This document shows, piece by piece, positions 12,120 through 25,089 of a stretch of 64,000 bases of DNA. A program made the position numbers and the translations under genes. The first letter of the stretch is position 1; the number at the start of each line of letters is the position of its first letter. The DNA comes from Heterodontus francisci (taxonomy: Eukaryota), in the NCBI RefSeq assembly GCF_036365525.1, contig NW_027140453.1, positions 496,001 through 560,000 of the forward strand, in the 5' to 3' direction. Under the pieces are notes generated by a model. The model did no database searches. It was not told where the DNA came from and worked only from the letters and a program-made list of their open reading frames with translations.

Positions 12120-15100
12120 CTCTCTCTCTCATTTTTCTGTCCCTTTATCTCTCACTTCAAATTTCCCTTTTCATCACGTGTCCTTCCCTTTTCCGAGTTA
12201 TTATCCCATTGGAAGTCTCCTGTTTCCATCAACACTGCTCTCCTCCATATTTTAATCTTCTTCTCCCTGTATCAGTCTCTCGACAAGTCTTTCTCTCTCT
12301 GTGACTCCATTCCTGTCTCTGTCTGTCTTTCTCTCTCTCTCTCCATCTCTCCCCGTCCCTCTGAAACCCTTTTCTGTTTCTGTCTCCCTCTTTCTCTGTC
12401 TCTCCCTCTCTCTCTCTTTGCATCTCTGTCTCCCTCTCTCTCTGTCTCTCTGTCTCTCTCTATCTCTATCCCTTTCTCTCTATCTATCTATCTTCCTCTC
12501 TCTTTGTCTCTCTTTCTGTCTCCCTCTCTGTCTGTGTCTCTCAATCTCTTTGTCTTGATCTCTGTTTTGCTTCTTCCATTTATTCTTTTTCTCCCTTTCT
12601 CTCTCTCTATCTTTGCCTGTCTCTGATGTTCTTCCTTTTCTCTCTCAGCATCACATCTCTCACTGTCTCTCGTTCTCTGCCTCTCTTTGTCTCTTTCTGT
12701 CTCTCCCAGTCTCTCCATCTCTGTCTCGCTATTTCACTCTGTCTCTCTTTCTGTGTCTAAAACTATCACACTACATCTCTGTCTATCTGTCCCTGACTGT
12801 CTGTCTGTCTGTCTCTCTCTGTCTGGCTGTCTGTCTGTCTTTCCCTCTGTCTCTCTATTTACCTGTCTCTCTCTCTATCCATCTCTCTGTCTGCCTCTCT
12901 CTCTCTCTCTGTCCCTGTCTCTCCCTCTGCTTCTTTGTCTTGTTCTCTGTTTACCTTTACTCTTTCTCACCCTTTCTCTCTCTCTCTATCTTTGCCTGTC
13001 TCTGACGTTCTTCTTTCTTCTCTCTGCCTCTCACTCTCTCACGGTCTCTGTCTGCCTCTCTCTCTGTCTCTCTCTTTCGCTCTGTCTCTCCATCTGTCTC
13101 ACTACCTCACTCCGTCTCTCTTTCTCGGCCTCACGCTATTTCACTCGATCTCTGTCTGCTGTCTCTCTCGGTCTCTCTCTCTGTCTCTCCCTGTCTCTCT
13201 CTCTCTGACTCTCTCTGCCTCTTTGTCTTGTTCTCTGTATCCTTCCTCCCTTTACTCTTTCTCTCCCTTTCTCTCTCTCTATCTTTGCCTGTCTCTGACG
13301 TTCTTTTTTCTCCTCTCTGCCTCTTAGACTCACACTGTCTCTGTCTGCCCCTCTCTCCGCCTCTCCCTCTCTCCGTATCTCTGTCTCTCTCTGTCTATCT
13401 GTCTCTGTCTCGCTGTCTCTCCCTCCCTCTGTCTCTCTGTCTCTCTCTCCCTTTGTCTCTCTGTCTGCCTCTCTCTCTGTCTGTCAGTCTCTCTCTATGT
13501 CTCTCTCTCTCTCTCCCTATGCCTCTCTCTCACTCTCTCTCTGCCTCTCTCTATCTCTTTCTCTCTGTCTCTCTCTCTCGCTCGCTCTCTGTCTGCCTCT
13601 CACTCTTTGCCACTCTCTCTCTCTGCCCCATCTCTCTTTCTGACTCTCTGTCTTGTTGTATTCCTCCTTCCCTTTACTCTTTCTCTCCCTTTCTCTCTCT
13701 CTATCTCTGCCTGTCTCTGACGTTCTTCCTTCTCCTCTCTGCCTCTCACTCTCTCACTGTCTCTGTCTGCCTCGCTCTCTGTTTCTTTCTTTCTCTCTGT
13801 CTCTCCACCTGTCGCACTACCTCAACTGTTTCTCTTTCTGTGCCTGACACAATCTCACTCTATCTCTGTCTACTNNNNNNNNNNNNNNNNNNNNNNNNNN
13901 NNNNNNNNNNNNNNNNNNNNNNNNNNNNNNNNNNNNNNNNNNNNNNNNNNNNNNNNNNNNNNNNNNNNNNNNNNNNNNNNNNNNNNNNNNNNNNNNNNNN
14001 NNNNNNCTCTGTCTCTTTGTCTTGTTCTCAGTTTCCCTTCCTTCCTTTACTCTTTCTCTCCTTTCTCTCTCTCTATCTTTGCCAGTCTCTGACATTCTAA
14101 CTTCTCTCTGCCTCTTACTCTCTCACTGTCTCTGTCTGCCTCGCTCTGTGTTTCATTCTTTCTCTCTGTCTCTCCAACTGTCGCACGACCTCAACTGTTT
14201 CTCTTTCTGTGCCTGACACAATCTCACTCTATCTCTGTCTACTGTCTCTCTCTGTCTATCTGTATCTCTCTCTCTCTCTCTCTCTCTCTCGATCTCTCTC
14301 TCTCTACCTCTCTTTCTGTTTCTCTGTCTGCCCCCTCTCTCTCTTTCTTTTCTCTCTCTTCGCTCCTGTCTCTCTCAGTCTCTTTGTCTTGTTCTCGGTT
14401 TCCCTTCCTTCCTTTACTCTTTCTCTCCTTTCTCTCTCTCTATCTTTGCCTGTCTCTGACATTCTAACTTCTCTCTGCCTCTCACTCTCTCACTGTCTCT
14501 GTCTGCCTCTCTCTCTGTTTCTCTCTTTGTCTCTATCTCTCCATCTGTCTCACTACCTCATCTGTCTCTCTTTCTGTGCCTAACACTATTTCACTCGGTC
14601 TCTGTCTACTGCCTCTCTCTGTCTCTCCCTCCCTCTGTCTCTCTGTTTGTCTCTCTCTCTCTTCCTTTCACTCTCGCTCTGTCCCTCTCTCTCTCTGCCT
14701 CTTTGTCTTGTTCTCTGTCTTCCTTCCGCCCTTTACTCTTTCCCTCCTTTTCCTCCTACTTCTTTGCCTGTCTCTGACGTTCTTCTTTTTTCTCACTCTG
14801 GCTATCAGACACTCACTGTCTCTGTCTTTCTCTTTCTCTCTGTCTCTCCATCTGTCTCATTACCTCACTCTGTCTCTCTTTCTGTGCCTAATACTATCTC
14901 ACTCTATCTCTGTCTACTTTCTCTCTCTGTCTACTTTCTCTCTCCATCGCTCCCTCTCTGTCTGTCTGTCTCTCTCTCTGCCTGTCTCTCTCTCTGTCTT
15001 TCCCTCTGTCTCTCTACATCTCCCTCTGTCTCTCTCTCCCTCTGTCTCTGTCTCTCTGTCTCTCTCTCTGTCTCTATCTCAGTCTCTCGCATTCACTCCA

Positions 15101-15630
15101 TCTCTGTCTCTCTGCCTCACTCTGTCTCTCTTTTTCAAACGCGATATTACTCGAACTCCGTCTATCTGTCTCTCTCTCTGTCACTGTGGGTCTCTGTCTC
15201 TGTGTTTCTCTCTATTTTTGTCTCTTTCTCTCTCTCAGTCTCGCTCTCTTTGTCTCTATCTCTCTCTCTCAGTCTCTCGCAGTCACTCCATCTCCGTCTC
15301 TCTGCCTCACTCTTTCTCTGTTTTTCAAACGCTATATTACTCAATCTCCATCTATCTGTCTCTCTCTGACTCTCTCTGCCTCTTTGTCTTGTTCTCTGTA
15401 TCCTTCCTCCCTTTACTCTTTCTCTCTCTTTCTCTATCTCTATCTCTGCCTGTCTCTGACGTTCTTCCTTCTCCTCTCTGCCTCTCACTCTCTCACTGTC
15501 TCTGTCTGCCTCGCTCTCTGCTTCTTTCTTTCTCTCTGTCTCTCCATCTGTCGCACTACCTCAACTGTTTCTCTTTCTGTGCCTGACACAATCTCACTCT
15601 ATCTCTGTCTACTGTCTCACTCTGTCTATC

Positions 15631-15665
<35 letters not shown>

Positions 15666-17100
15666 ACCTCTCTATCTGTCTCTCTCTCCCTCTGTATCTC
15701 TGTCTGCCCCCTCTCTCTCTTTCTTTTCTCTCTCTTCGCCCCTGTCTCTCTCTGTCTCTTTGTCTTGTTCTCGGTTTCCCTTCCTTCCTTTACTCTTTCT
15801 CTCCTTTCTCTCTCTCTATCTTTGCCTGTCTCTGACATTCTAACTGCTCTCTGCCTCTCACTCTCTCACTGTCTCTGTCTGCCTCTCTCTGTGTTTCTTT
15901 CTTTCTCTCTGTCTCTCCATCTGTCGCACTACCTCAACTGTTTCTCTTTCTGTGCCTGACACAATCTCACTCTATCTGTCTACTGTCTCTNNNNNNNNNN
16001 NNNNNNNNNNNNNNNNNNNNNNNNNNNNNNNNNNNNNNNNNNNNNNNNNNNNNNNNNNNNNNNNNNNNNNNNNNNNNNNNNNNNNNNNNNNNNNNNNNNN
16101 NNNNNNNNNNNNNNNNNNNNNNNTCTCTGTCTCTTTGTCTTGTTCTCGGTTTCCCTTCATTCCTTTACTCTTTCTCTCCTTTCTCTCTCTCTATCTTTGC
16201 CTGTCTCTGACATTCTAACTTCTCTCTGCCTCTCACTCTCTCACTGTCTCTGTCTGCCTCTCTCTCTGTTTCTCTCTTTGTCTCTATCTCTCCATCTGTC
16301 TCACTACCTCATCTGTCTCTCTTTCTGTGCCTAACACTATTTCACTCGGTCTCTGTCTACCGTCTCTCTCTGTCTCTCCCTCCCTCTGTCTCTCTGTTTG
16401 TCTCTCTCTCTCTCTTCCTTTCACTCTCGCTCTGTCCCTCTCTCTCTCTGCCTCTTTGTCTTGTTCTCTGTCTTCCTTCCACCCTTTACTCTTTCCCTCC
16501 TTTTCCTCCTACTTCTTTGCCTGTCTCTGACGTTCTTCTTTTTTCTCNNNNNNNNNNNNNNNNNNNNNNNNNNNNNNNNNNNNNNNNNNNNNNNNNNNNN
16601 NNNNNNNNNNNNNNNNNNNNNNNNNNNNNNNNNNNNNNNNNNNNNNNNNNNNNNNNNNNNNNNNNNNNNNNNNNNNNNNACTCCATCTCTGTCTCTCTGC
16701 CTCACTCTGTCTCTCTTTTTCAAACGCTATATTACTCGAACTCCGTCTATCTGTCTCTCTCTCTGTCGCTGTGGGTCTCTGTCTCTGTGTTTCTCTCTAT
16801 ATATGTCTCTTTCTCTGCCTTTCTCTCTCTCAGTCTCTCTCTCTTTGTCTCTATCTCTCTCTCAGTCTCTCGCAGTCACTCCATCTCCGTCTCTCTGCCT
16901 CACTCTGTCTCTGTTTTTCAAACGCTATATTACTCAATCTCCATCGATCTGTCTCTCTCTCTGTCTCTGTGGGTCTTTGTCTCTATGTTCCTCTGTCTAT
17001 GTATCTCTTTCTCCGCCTTTCTCTCTCTCTGTCTCTCTATCTCTCCCTGTCTCCCTCTATCTCTCTATCTGTCCCTCCCCTCCCCACCCTATCACAGACT
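12120..17100. repeat. Long CT-rich low-complexity tract with internal higher-order duplications and gaps, between D and the V region
   Basis: Pyrimidine-rich strand; recurring blocks such as CACTACCTCAACTGTTTCTCTTTCTGTGCCTGACAC. Confidence 0.95.
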
Positions 17101-17264
17101 GTCTCTTTTGCATTTCTTCACGCTCAAGCATCCATTTAAGTTGCTCAAAACGCTTCTCATGTTTGCCGGTTCTGATGTGAAGCGGTAGCTCTGTTTTACT
17201 CTCTGCAGATCCTGCCTGATGCACTGAGGATTTCTAACATTTAGTGTTCTTGTTGCTGAAAACC

Positions 17265-17512
17265 CATCTACTGCTGCCGCCTGTTGGTGGGCAATGACAG
17301 CTGCACCTCCATCTACTGCTGCTCCCTGTTGGTGGGCAGAGAGCTGCACCTCCGTCCACTGCTGCCCTCTGTTGGTAGACAAAGAGAGCTGCACCTCCAG
17401 CGACTGCTGCCCACTTTTGGTGGGCAATGCGAGCTGAACCTCCATCTACTGCTGCCTCCTGTTGGTGGGCAATGACAGCTGCACCTCCAGCAACTGCTCC
17501 CCCTAATTGTGG
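17265..17512 (-). repeat. Tandem ~45-bp repeat array (5 good + 1 degenerate copies), each with a CTCF-like motif
   Basis: Minus-strand unit TGCAGCTGTCATTGCCCACCAACAGG(C/G)(G/A)GCAGCAGTAG; core matches CCA(C/G)YAG(G/A)(G/T)GGCAG with an upstream TGCAG motif. Confidence 0.75.
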
Positions 17513-17583
17513 GAAACGGGTACTGCGAAAAGATAAATGTTGATTGTCAACACAAACAGTTACGTGAGGAAAAGATCAATTAC

Positions 17584-17620
17584 ATTGAAATAATACTATC
17601 AGATTCAGTAGCAGATACAT
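17584..17620 (-). pseudogene. Orphan V-type leader exon (MYLLLNLIVLFQ) with no V exon downstream
   Basis: 37-nt phase-1 exon with gtaatt donor; same length and 5' context (agatacatcttcc...gaagctgt) as the other V leaders; GC box/CCAAT ~130 bp upstream. Confidence 0.7.
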
Positions 17621-18159
17621 CTTCCACTGGAAGCTGTGTTTGTAATCTGTAAATCAGCGAAACAAGAGCTTTGAGTCTTGTGAGGAGCTACATGAAGACT
17701 GAAGTCAGTGATTTAGGTTTGCACAACTCCTCCCTCCCTGATTGGAAGTCACGCCCCTGTCTCGATGTTTGGCTGCAAGTATAAGTTGTTGTTGCGTTTG
17801 TTGCTCTTCGTCTTCTGCTGAAGTTGTTGCTGCATTTGTTGGTGTTTTTCCTCAAGTAGTTGTTGTATTCGTTGGTGTTAATCTTTCTCTCTCCCACTGT
17901 CTCTCTGTCTGTCTGTCTGTCTCTCTCTCATGTCCCTTTAAGATCTTAGGATGCTAATGAGCTAAATTCCAGCACGTGTTCACGTGACTCTGTGCCAGAG
18001 TCACTCTGTAACTGTAGCACCTACAGGCAGGTCCTGTAATAAGTTAGCTCAGTACTGTGTATGATAGTTCAGCTGTAAATAGACTTGTTTATGATCTTCA
18101 TCGAACTGGACTCCACGCATCTCATTTATGTTGCATCAAACAACATTATGAACTCACAA

Positions 18160-18830
18160 CACTAACAGCTAATATGAAGGTGCCGAAAGCAATTCGGAAG
18201 GCTAATGGTATGCTGGCCTTCATTGCAATGGGATTTAAGTACAGGTGTAAAAATGTCTTGTTGCAATTGTATAGAACCTTGATGCGACAGCACCTCTAGT
18301 ATTGTTACAGTTTTGTTCTCCTTATCGAAGGAAGGACATACTTGCCATGGAGAGAATGCAGCAGTGTTTCATCAAAATAATCCCTGGCATGGCGGGTTTG
18401 TCTTCGGAGGAGCGATTACAGAAACTGGGTCTGTATTCTCTGGAGTTCCAAAGAATAAGAGGTGATCGCATTGAAACTTACAAAATTCTGACAAGACGTG
18501 ACACGATGGATGTGGATAGGATGTTCAGTTTAGAATCAGGATACACTGTCTCCAAATAAGTTGCAGGCCATTTAAGACTGAGATGAGGAGGAATTTATTT
18601 AACTGAGAGAGTTGTGAATCTTTGGAATTCTCTACCCAACAGGGCTTTCGTAGCTGACTACATTGAGCATGTTCGAGACTAAAAGAGCTAGATTTCTGGA
18701 TACTAATGACATCAAGGGAGATGGGGATAGTGGGGGGGGGAAATGACTCAGAGGTAGATGATCAGCCATGAGTCGGTTCGATGTGCCGAATGGCCGACTC
18801 CTTCTCCTATTCCCTATGTTCCTATGTTGT
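18160..18830 (+). mobile_element. CR1 LINE 3' fragment
   Basis: KANGMLAFI, LQLYRTL, EERLQKLGLYSLE motifs and CR1 tail. Confidence 0.88.
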
Positions 18831-19149
18831 GTCCTGAATAAGCAGGGAGCAGGCTGTTGTGTGTTTCACGGTCCTAACGCGCTCTCTGCTGTACCTGTGG
18901 AGAATGAAGATAATGTCAGGAGATAAAAACCTCAATGTTTTTAGTGATATTCCTTCCTGATATTTACATCTTCTCAATTTGGGTAACATCCCCGTTAATC
19001 ATTCATAGATAGACTGAAAGTTTTAGGGAACAGAAGCAAGCTATTTATGACATCTTTGCCAGTGCCTCTATATTTATTCTCTCACATTTATTTTCTTGGT
19101 TCCCTCATTATTGTCACAAACTCCATCGCCCTGCACAAAAATCAAGTCG

Positions 19150-19389
19150 CTGCACAGCGCAACTTTATCTCCCACAGGTAGTGGCGGGACTTTGGAGGAT
19201 AGTTTGTGAGTTCACATCTGGGAAAGAGAAAAGGACACCAACACACTCTGGGTTGTCGAGAAAGAAGAATGGAAGGGAGGAATGAAGGAGCGAAGGAATT
19301 ATAAAGTACAGAAAGATTTTTAAATCGCATTATTATTGATAAAGTTCCTTACAGTGGGAGATGGTCATCAGACCCAGTAACAGATACAT
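19150..19389 (-). pseudogene. TRBV: Truncated TRBV-like remnant (leader MYLLLGLMTISH at 19353-19389; V exon start VNSQTILQSPA at 19217, then deletion/stop)
   Basis: Homologous to V1 leader and FR1 start; no intact FR2/FR3 or V-type RSS. Confidence 0.8.
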
Positions 19390-19609
19390 CATTAACTGGA
19401 CCTTTCCCTATTCATCAATTCATCTTTCCAAACCATTGAGGAAAGCAAGGTAGTGAGGGACGTTTGGTCACGCCCCTTTCTCTCATTCAACCAATCATAA
19501 TTAGCATGGTTATTAATTTCTAATTGCTCTTTTTGCATTTGCCAATCGGAAACGCGGATCTCCACATCTGAATTTCCCAATTGGATACAAGAGCCTGACC
19601 GAAACTGTC

Positions 19610-19985
19610 ACATGTGGATGGCCTCCTAATCCTCTTCATATGTAACAGGCTCGATGGGGCTGAATGGCCTCACCCATTTACTATTTAACAGATTCGAGGG
19701 GCTGAATGGGCCTCCTCCTGTACCTGTGCAGACTGAGGGGGGAACTGAATCGGCCTCCTCTTGCTCCTGTGCAACAGGCTCAATGGGGCTGAATGGTTTA
19801 CTCCTGTTCATACTAATAGGCTCAAGGGGGACTAAGTACCCTTCTCCAATTCCTACTAACAAGCTCTACATTGATCAATAGCCTCCTCCTGTCTGTGCGC
19901 AATAAGGCAGGGGAGTAATTGGCCTCCTCATGTTCCTTTGTAAGAGGCTCTAAAAGACTGAGAGACCTCCTCCTGAATTCTTCAT
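19610..19985 (+). repeat. ~44-bp tandem repeat resembling the CR1 3' tail (GGGCTGAATGGCCTCCTCCTGT...ACAGGCTC)
   Basis: Related arrays at ~30310-30480 and inverted at ~37720-37900. Confidence 0.7.
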
Positions 19986-20738
19986 AAACAGTTTTCCAGG
20001 CAGTTGTGTGTTACTGGTCCTTTAGGGCCCTCTTCTTGGAGAAATTCGCTGTGATGCATTTTGGCTGAAGGGATAGGCAAAGGCAATATAGACTAAAAGG
20101 CAGATTTCGAAAGAGTTTGCAAGGAACAGTGGACCTGAGGCTGCATGTGCATCGACCTTTGAAGGTGGCAGGGCATGTTGAGAGAGTGGTTAGTAAAGCA
20201 GATGGGATCCTGATCTCCATAAATGGAGGTATTGAGTACAAAAGCAGTGAACCTTTAGAAAGCTCTGGTTAGGCTCCAGCTGGAGTATTGCGTCCAGTTC
20301 TGGCCGCCACACTTAAGGGAGAATGTGAGGCTCCTTATTAGGGTGCAGAGCAGATTTACGAGATTTGCTGAATGATCTCCTCCTGTTTCTATGTAACGGG
20401 ACAAAGGGACTGAATGGCCTACTCCTCTTCCTTTGTTCCTAACAAAGTGAGTTGTGTGTTTGATCATCTGAGTGAAAGAAGACACCGTGTTAGTGGATAA
20501 AACCCCAATCGCTTTCCTGATAGTTAAAACCTCAGTGTGGTGCCACCCTTCTTAATCTTTCATAGAAAGATAGAAAATGTATCAGCACAGAAAGAGGCCA
20601 GACTCTTCGCCTCTGCACCTGTGCTCTCAATTTTATTCTCACCCGTCTCTTATTTTCAAAAATATGATAGCCCTGCATCAATTCAAGTGGAGGCACCGCG
20701 CTATTGTATGTCCAACAGGTGTTTCCTGCTGCCTTTGG

Positions 20739-20777
20739 GGTTTTTGTTGAACTGCTCCAGCTCTCTGAGTCACTGTG
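20739..20777 (-). promoter_or_regulatory. V1 23-RSS (CACAGTG-23-ACAAAAACC)
   Basis: Perfect heptamer and nonamer, 23-bp spacer. Confidence 0.97.
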
Positions 20778-21231
20778 AAGACTCCAGGCACAGAAATACA
20801 CGGCCGAGTGATTCTCCCGCAGGCTGGAGGACTCCAGGTTGAACTGGGTGCCAGTCGGTCTCTCGGCAGTGAAACCGTCCACCGCCTTCTCTGGATCTTT
20901 GTGATTAGTACCCGTTGAGTAAAACATAACCTGAGGCTCCTTCCCCGGGTATTGTCTGTACCAAAACAAGGTAAGAGTACTGCTCCCCTCCACAGTGCAC
21001 TTCAGTTCCACTTCCTCCCCAACAACTCTGGAGACAGCGGCAGGAGTCTGGAGGATAGTCTGCGAGTTCACACCTGGGAGAGAGTGGGGAAGAGGAAGAG
21101 GTCAGTAAACAGGGGATTTCTAGGAAATGAAAGGAAGAGGGAATGAGTATAGGAAGGTTATTAGAGAAAACGTTGGTATTTCAGACTCACTCACAGTGCA
21201 AAAGGATTATCAGAGCCAATGACTGATACAT
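20778..21231 (-). CDS. TRBV: Intact TRBV-like segment V1 (leader 21195-21231, V exon 20778-21073): MYQSLALIILLHCVNSQTILQTP...WYRQ...AVYFCAWSL
   Basis: Canonical splice sites, Cys23/Trp41/Cys104, open frame, followed by a consensus 23-RSS. Confidence 0.95.
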
Positions 21232-21314
21232 CTTCCCCTTGAAGCTGTTTAGAAATAAGCAAAGCAGCGAGAACCGGAGTGTAAGCCTTGTGATGGTCCA
21301 AAACTGCTCTTTAC

Positions 21315-21395
21315 AAATCATTGAGGAAAATATGAAGAGCATGAGTAAGTGATGCAGTGTTGGACACGCCCCTTCCAACACCCAACCAATCAGAA
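21315..21395 (-). promoter_or_regulatory. V1 promoter block (GAGGAA ETS-like, AGTGATGCAG, GGGGCGTG GC box, CCAAT)
   Basis: Similar block recurs upstream of the leaders at 19389 (19435-19497) and 29213 (29305-29360). Confidence 0.5.
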
Positions 21396-22079
21396 TGGAC
21401 GTGGTTGCTTGTTATGGTTGAGTGACTGGATTAAGTGTTGTTAATATCACCAACAAGGATGTATGTTGTTCAGTTTCTAATTTACTGATTAGAAATCTCC
21501 AATTGAACATATCCAGATTCCCAACAAACCTCATCGGCATTCCCACATTAGCCACATGTAGATTTCCAATTTATAGACATCTGGATTCCAGTTTATCCAC
21601 ACCTTCATCTCCGAATAGCCAGATGTCGATGCCGTGTGTCTCCTGGCAAACGTTGTAAGCAACACTGGCCTGAGGCAAGTCGGTGCAACACCATCTGTGT
21701 GGCACTGGGCTCCTTACCTATTCTACAGCAGGGCTATGCACATTACTGGGCCCTTGGCAAGTTTAAATTGCACTGGGTGTGCCGGTGCCTGAACCCATGT
21801 AACCTGGGCATCAGCCTAGGCCTCTGGCTTATTATCGCAGTGACATTGCAACTACGCCATCGTTATCCTTGAACCTGGGACGGTTCAAGTAACATTTACC
21901 AAAATGGTGCCATGGTTGAGAGACGGTTGTTATGTGGAGAGACTGGAGAAGTTGGGACAGTTTTCCTGGATCAGAGCAAGCTAATGGGATGTTTTAACCC
22001 TGGAGGTACAGCCGTTCGATAGAGTAGTTAGGGAGAAATGATATCCCCTGGCAGGAGCTTCGGAAGGTAGAGACTTCAC

Positions 22080-23835
22080 ATGTAGCATCAGCAAGCAATT
22101 GGGAAGGTTAATGTTATGTTAGCCTTTATCGCAAGAGGATTTGAGTACAGGAGTAATGAAGTCTTGCTTCAATCGTGGAGAACCTTGGTTAGACCACACC
22201 TGGAGTACTGTGTGCAGTTTTAGTCCCCTGACCTTCGGAAGGATATTATTCCCATAGAGCGAGTGCTAAGAAGGTTCACCCGACTTGTTCCCGGGATGGC
22301 GGGACTGTCCTATGAAGAGAGATTGGGGAAACTGGGCCTGAATGCTCTGGAGTGTCAAAGAATGAAAGGTGATCTCATTGAAACCTACAAAGTCCTTAAA
22401 GGGATAGACAGGGTAGATGCAGGTAAGAAGTTTCCTCTGGTTGAAAGAGAAGGTAAGTCAGACACTAGAGTGTGTAAAATGGGTAAAGTGAAAGTGTTCG
22501 ATCGGCTGTCTGAACATAAAGTGGATAAAGCACCAGCACCAGATGAGATGTATTCAAGGATACTGAGGGAAGTGAGGGTGGAAATCGCGTTGGCCATAAT
22601 TTTTCAGTCTTCCTTAGACTCAGGGCTGGTGCCAGAGGACTGGAGAATTTCAAACGTTACACCCTTATTCAAAAAAGGGGGAAAGATAAGCCCAGCAACT
22701 ACAGGCCAGTCAGTTTAACTTTGGTGGTGGGGAAACTTCGGGAAAAAATAATTCGGGACAAAATCAATAGTCACATGGACGAGTTAATTAATGAAAGACA
22801 GCATGGGTTCCATCAGGGAAAATCATGTTGAACTAACCTGCTAGAATTTATTTGGAAAGGAAACAGAGAGGGTTGATGAGGGCAATGCTGTGGATGTGGT
22901 GTACATGGACTTTCAAAAGGCGTTTGATACAATGCCACACAACAAACTTGTGAGAAAACTTGTAACTCGTGGAATAAAAGGGACGATAGCAACATGGATA
23001 CGAAATTGGTTTAGTGACAGAAAACAAAGAGCAGTGATTAATGGATGCTTTTTCGGGCTGGAGGAAGGTTTGTCGTCGAGTTCCCCAGGGATCAGTGTTC
23101 GGACCCTTGTTTTTCATGAGATATATTAATGACCTAGACCTTGGTGTACAGGGCACAGTTTCAAAGTTTGCCGATGATACGAAACTTGGAAGTATTGTGA
23201 ACTATGAGGAGGATAATGTCAAACTTGAAAAGGACAGAAACAAGTTGGTGGAATGGGCAGACAGGCGGAGATGAGGTTCAATGCAGAGAAATGTGAAGTG
23301 ATTCATTTTGGTAGGATGAACAATATAGAATAAAGTGCACAATTCGAAAGGGGGTGCAGGAGCAGAGAGACCTAGGTGTATATTTGTATAAGTCATTAAA
23401 AGTGGCGGGACAGGTTGGGACTGTTTTCCTTGGAGAAGAGAAGGCTGAGAGGTGATTTGGTGTTGGTATTCAAATTCATGAGGGGGCTGGACAGAGTAGA
23501 TAGAAAGAAACTATTCCCGCTCCTGAAAGGATCAAGAATGAAGGGGCACAGATTTAAAGTATTTGGTAAGAGAAGCATAAGTGACATGAGGAAAAACTTT
23601 TTCACGCAGTGATTGGTCAAGGTCTGGAATGCGCTGCCTAAGAACATGGTGGAGGCAGGTTCAATTGAAGCATTCAAAAGGGAATTAGACAGTTATATGG
23701 AAAGGAAGGATGTGCAGAGTTATGGGGAGAAGGCAGGGGAATGGAACTGAGGGAATTTCTTTTCCAGAGAGCCAGTGCGGGCACGATGGGCTGAATGACC
23801 TCCTTCTGCACTGTAACAATTCTGTGATTCTGTGG
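22080..23835 (+). mobile_element. Composite CR1 LINE RT fragments
   Basis: DVVYMDFQKAFD, VPQGSVFGP, SKFADDTKL motifs, frameshifted. Confidence 0.93.
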
Positions 23836-25089
23836 TTGTGAAGTCTACAACCAGGGGGCACAATTTCAGTCCCACAGCGAGTAAGTTAAGGCCAATAGTG
23901 GAGATGCATTTAAGCGGGAGATTAAATCAGGACATGAGGGAGTAAGGAATAGAAGGAGGTGCTGATGGGCTGAGATGCAGAGAGATGGGAACAGGATTGT
24001 AAGCCATGGCGTGGAGTCAACTCCCCTTGGCCCCTTTATTCCCTTCACCCACTTAATCCTGGCCGTTACGTGGGACTAAGTCCTCTTAGTTCAGACTCAG
24101 GCTGGGTGTTTGGGGTATTGGGGTTACAGGAGAGCCACCGGCTGCACCTAATGGCTTAGTACAAAGAGGAGTAAACTCAGTCCTTTCTTTAACTGTCAAT
24201 TTACTTTATTCACATTGTTGTACAATGTAAGAATAAGGCTTATACACTTGGTAGCCAAAAGCATGCAACTCAAACTGGGTTATCCAGTTAATAACAAAGT
24301 TAGCTAGAATTGATAAGCACACCCACTAGGTTCCTCTGACCTTTCCCTGACCTCGTCACAGAAAACAAACGATAATTCCCGGAAAGGGGAGAGCTGACGC
24401 TGGCCAGACGTTCTGATCTCTCTCTCTTTGACGTCGTCACCGTGTTGCTCACGCAGGGTCTTCCACTTCCACGATGGTTGGTCTCTGGAGTTTCTCGCTG
24501 GCTCTATGCCTGAGATTCCCTATACTTATTCTCTTTCTTATCTCTTCAAAACTGTGCTGTCTCTTTCCCGTTGGTTTAGGCCTGCTCACCTCGTTCGTAT
24601 CTTCTCCTTATTGGCCCAGGCCCAAGGACCCCATGAAGTTTCAATGTCATTAATAAATCTGGAATTTAAAAACAAGCTCGTCTGATGGTGACCATTGTTG
24701 CAACAATCCATTGAGTTCACTGATTTCCATTAGGCAAGGTAATCTGCCGCCTTCACCTGGTCTGGCCTTCTTGTGACTCCAGATCCACACATTGTGGTTG
24801 ACTCTGAAAAGCCCTCTGCAATGGCCTAGCAAGTCAGTCAGTTCAAGGGCTATGAGGGATGGGCAATAAATGCTGGCCTAGCCAGCGAGGCCAACATCCC
24901 ATGAACGTATTAAGAAAAACAGCCAGATGTTGATTCACAAATAGTCAGCTGGGAGCCCTGGCAAACATTTTCTGCAACATTGGCCCGAGGGAAGTAGGTG
25001 CAACAATATCTGGTTCACACTGGGCTGCTGATCTATTCGACAGCTTGGTCTGTGCTCATTACTGGGCCCATAACCATCAGGGTGGCTCA

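Noticed and set aside
3868-17188. Long Ser/Leu or Arg/Glu-rich ORFs in the ORF track
   Set aside because: Read-through of CT microsatellites and N gaps
17741-17765. GAGACAGGGGCG resembling canonical Dbeta
   Set aside because: No flanking RSSs; matches the GC-box/CCAAT block found at V promoters
19115-19143. CACAAAC-13-ACAAAAATC near the breakpoint of the truncated V
   Set aside because: Weak heptamer, 13-bp spacer, no adjacent D or J coding segment
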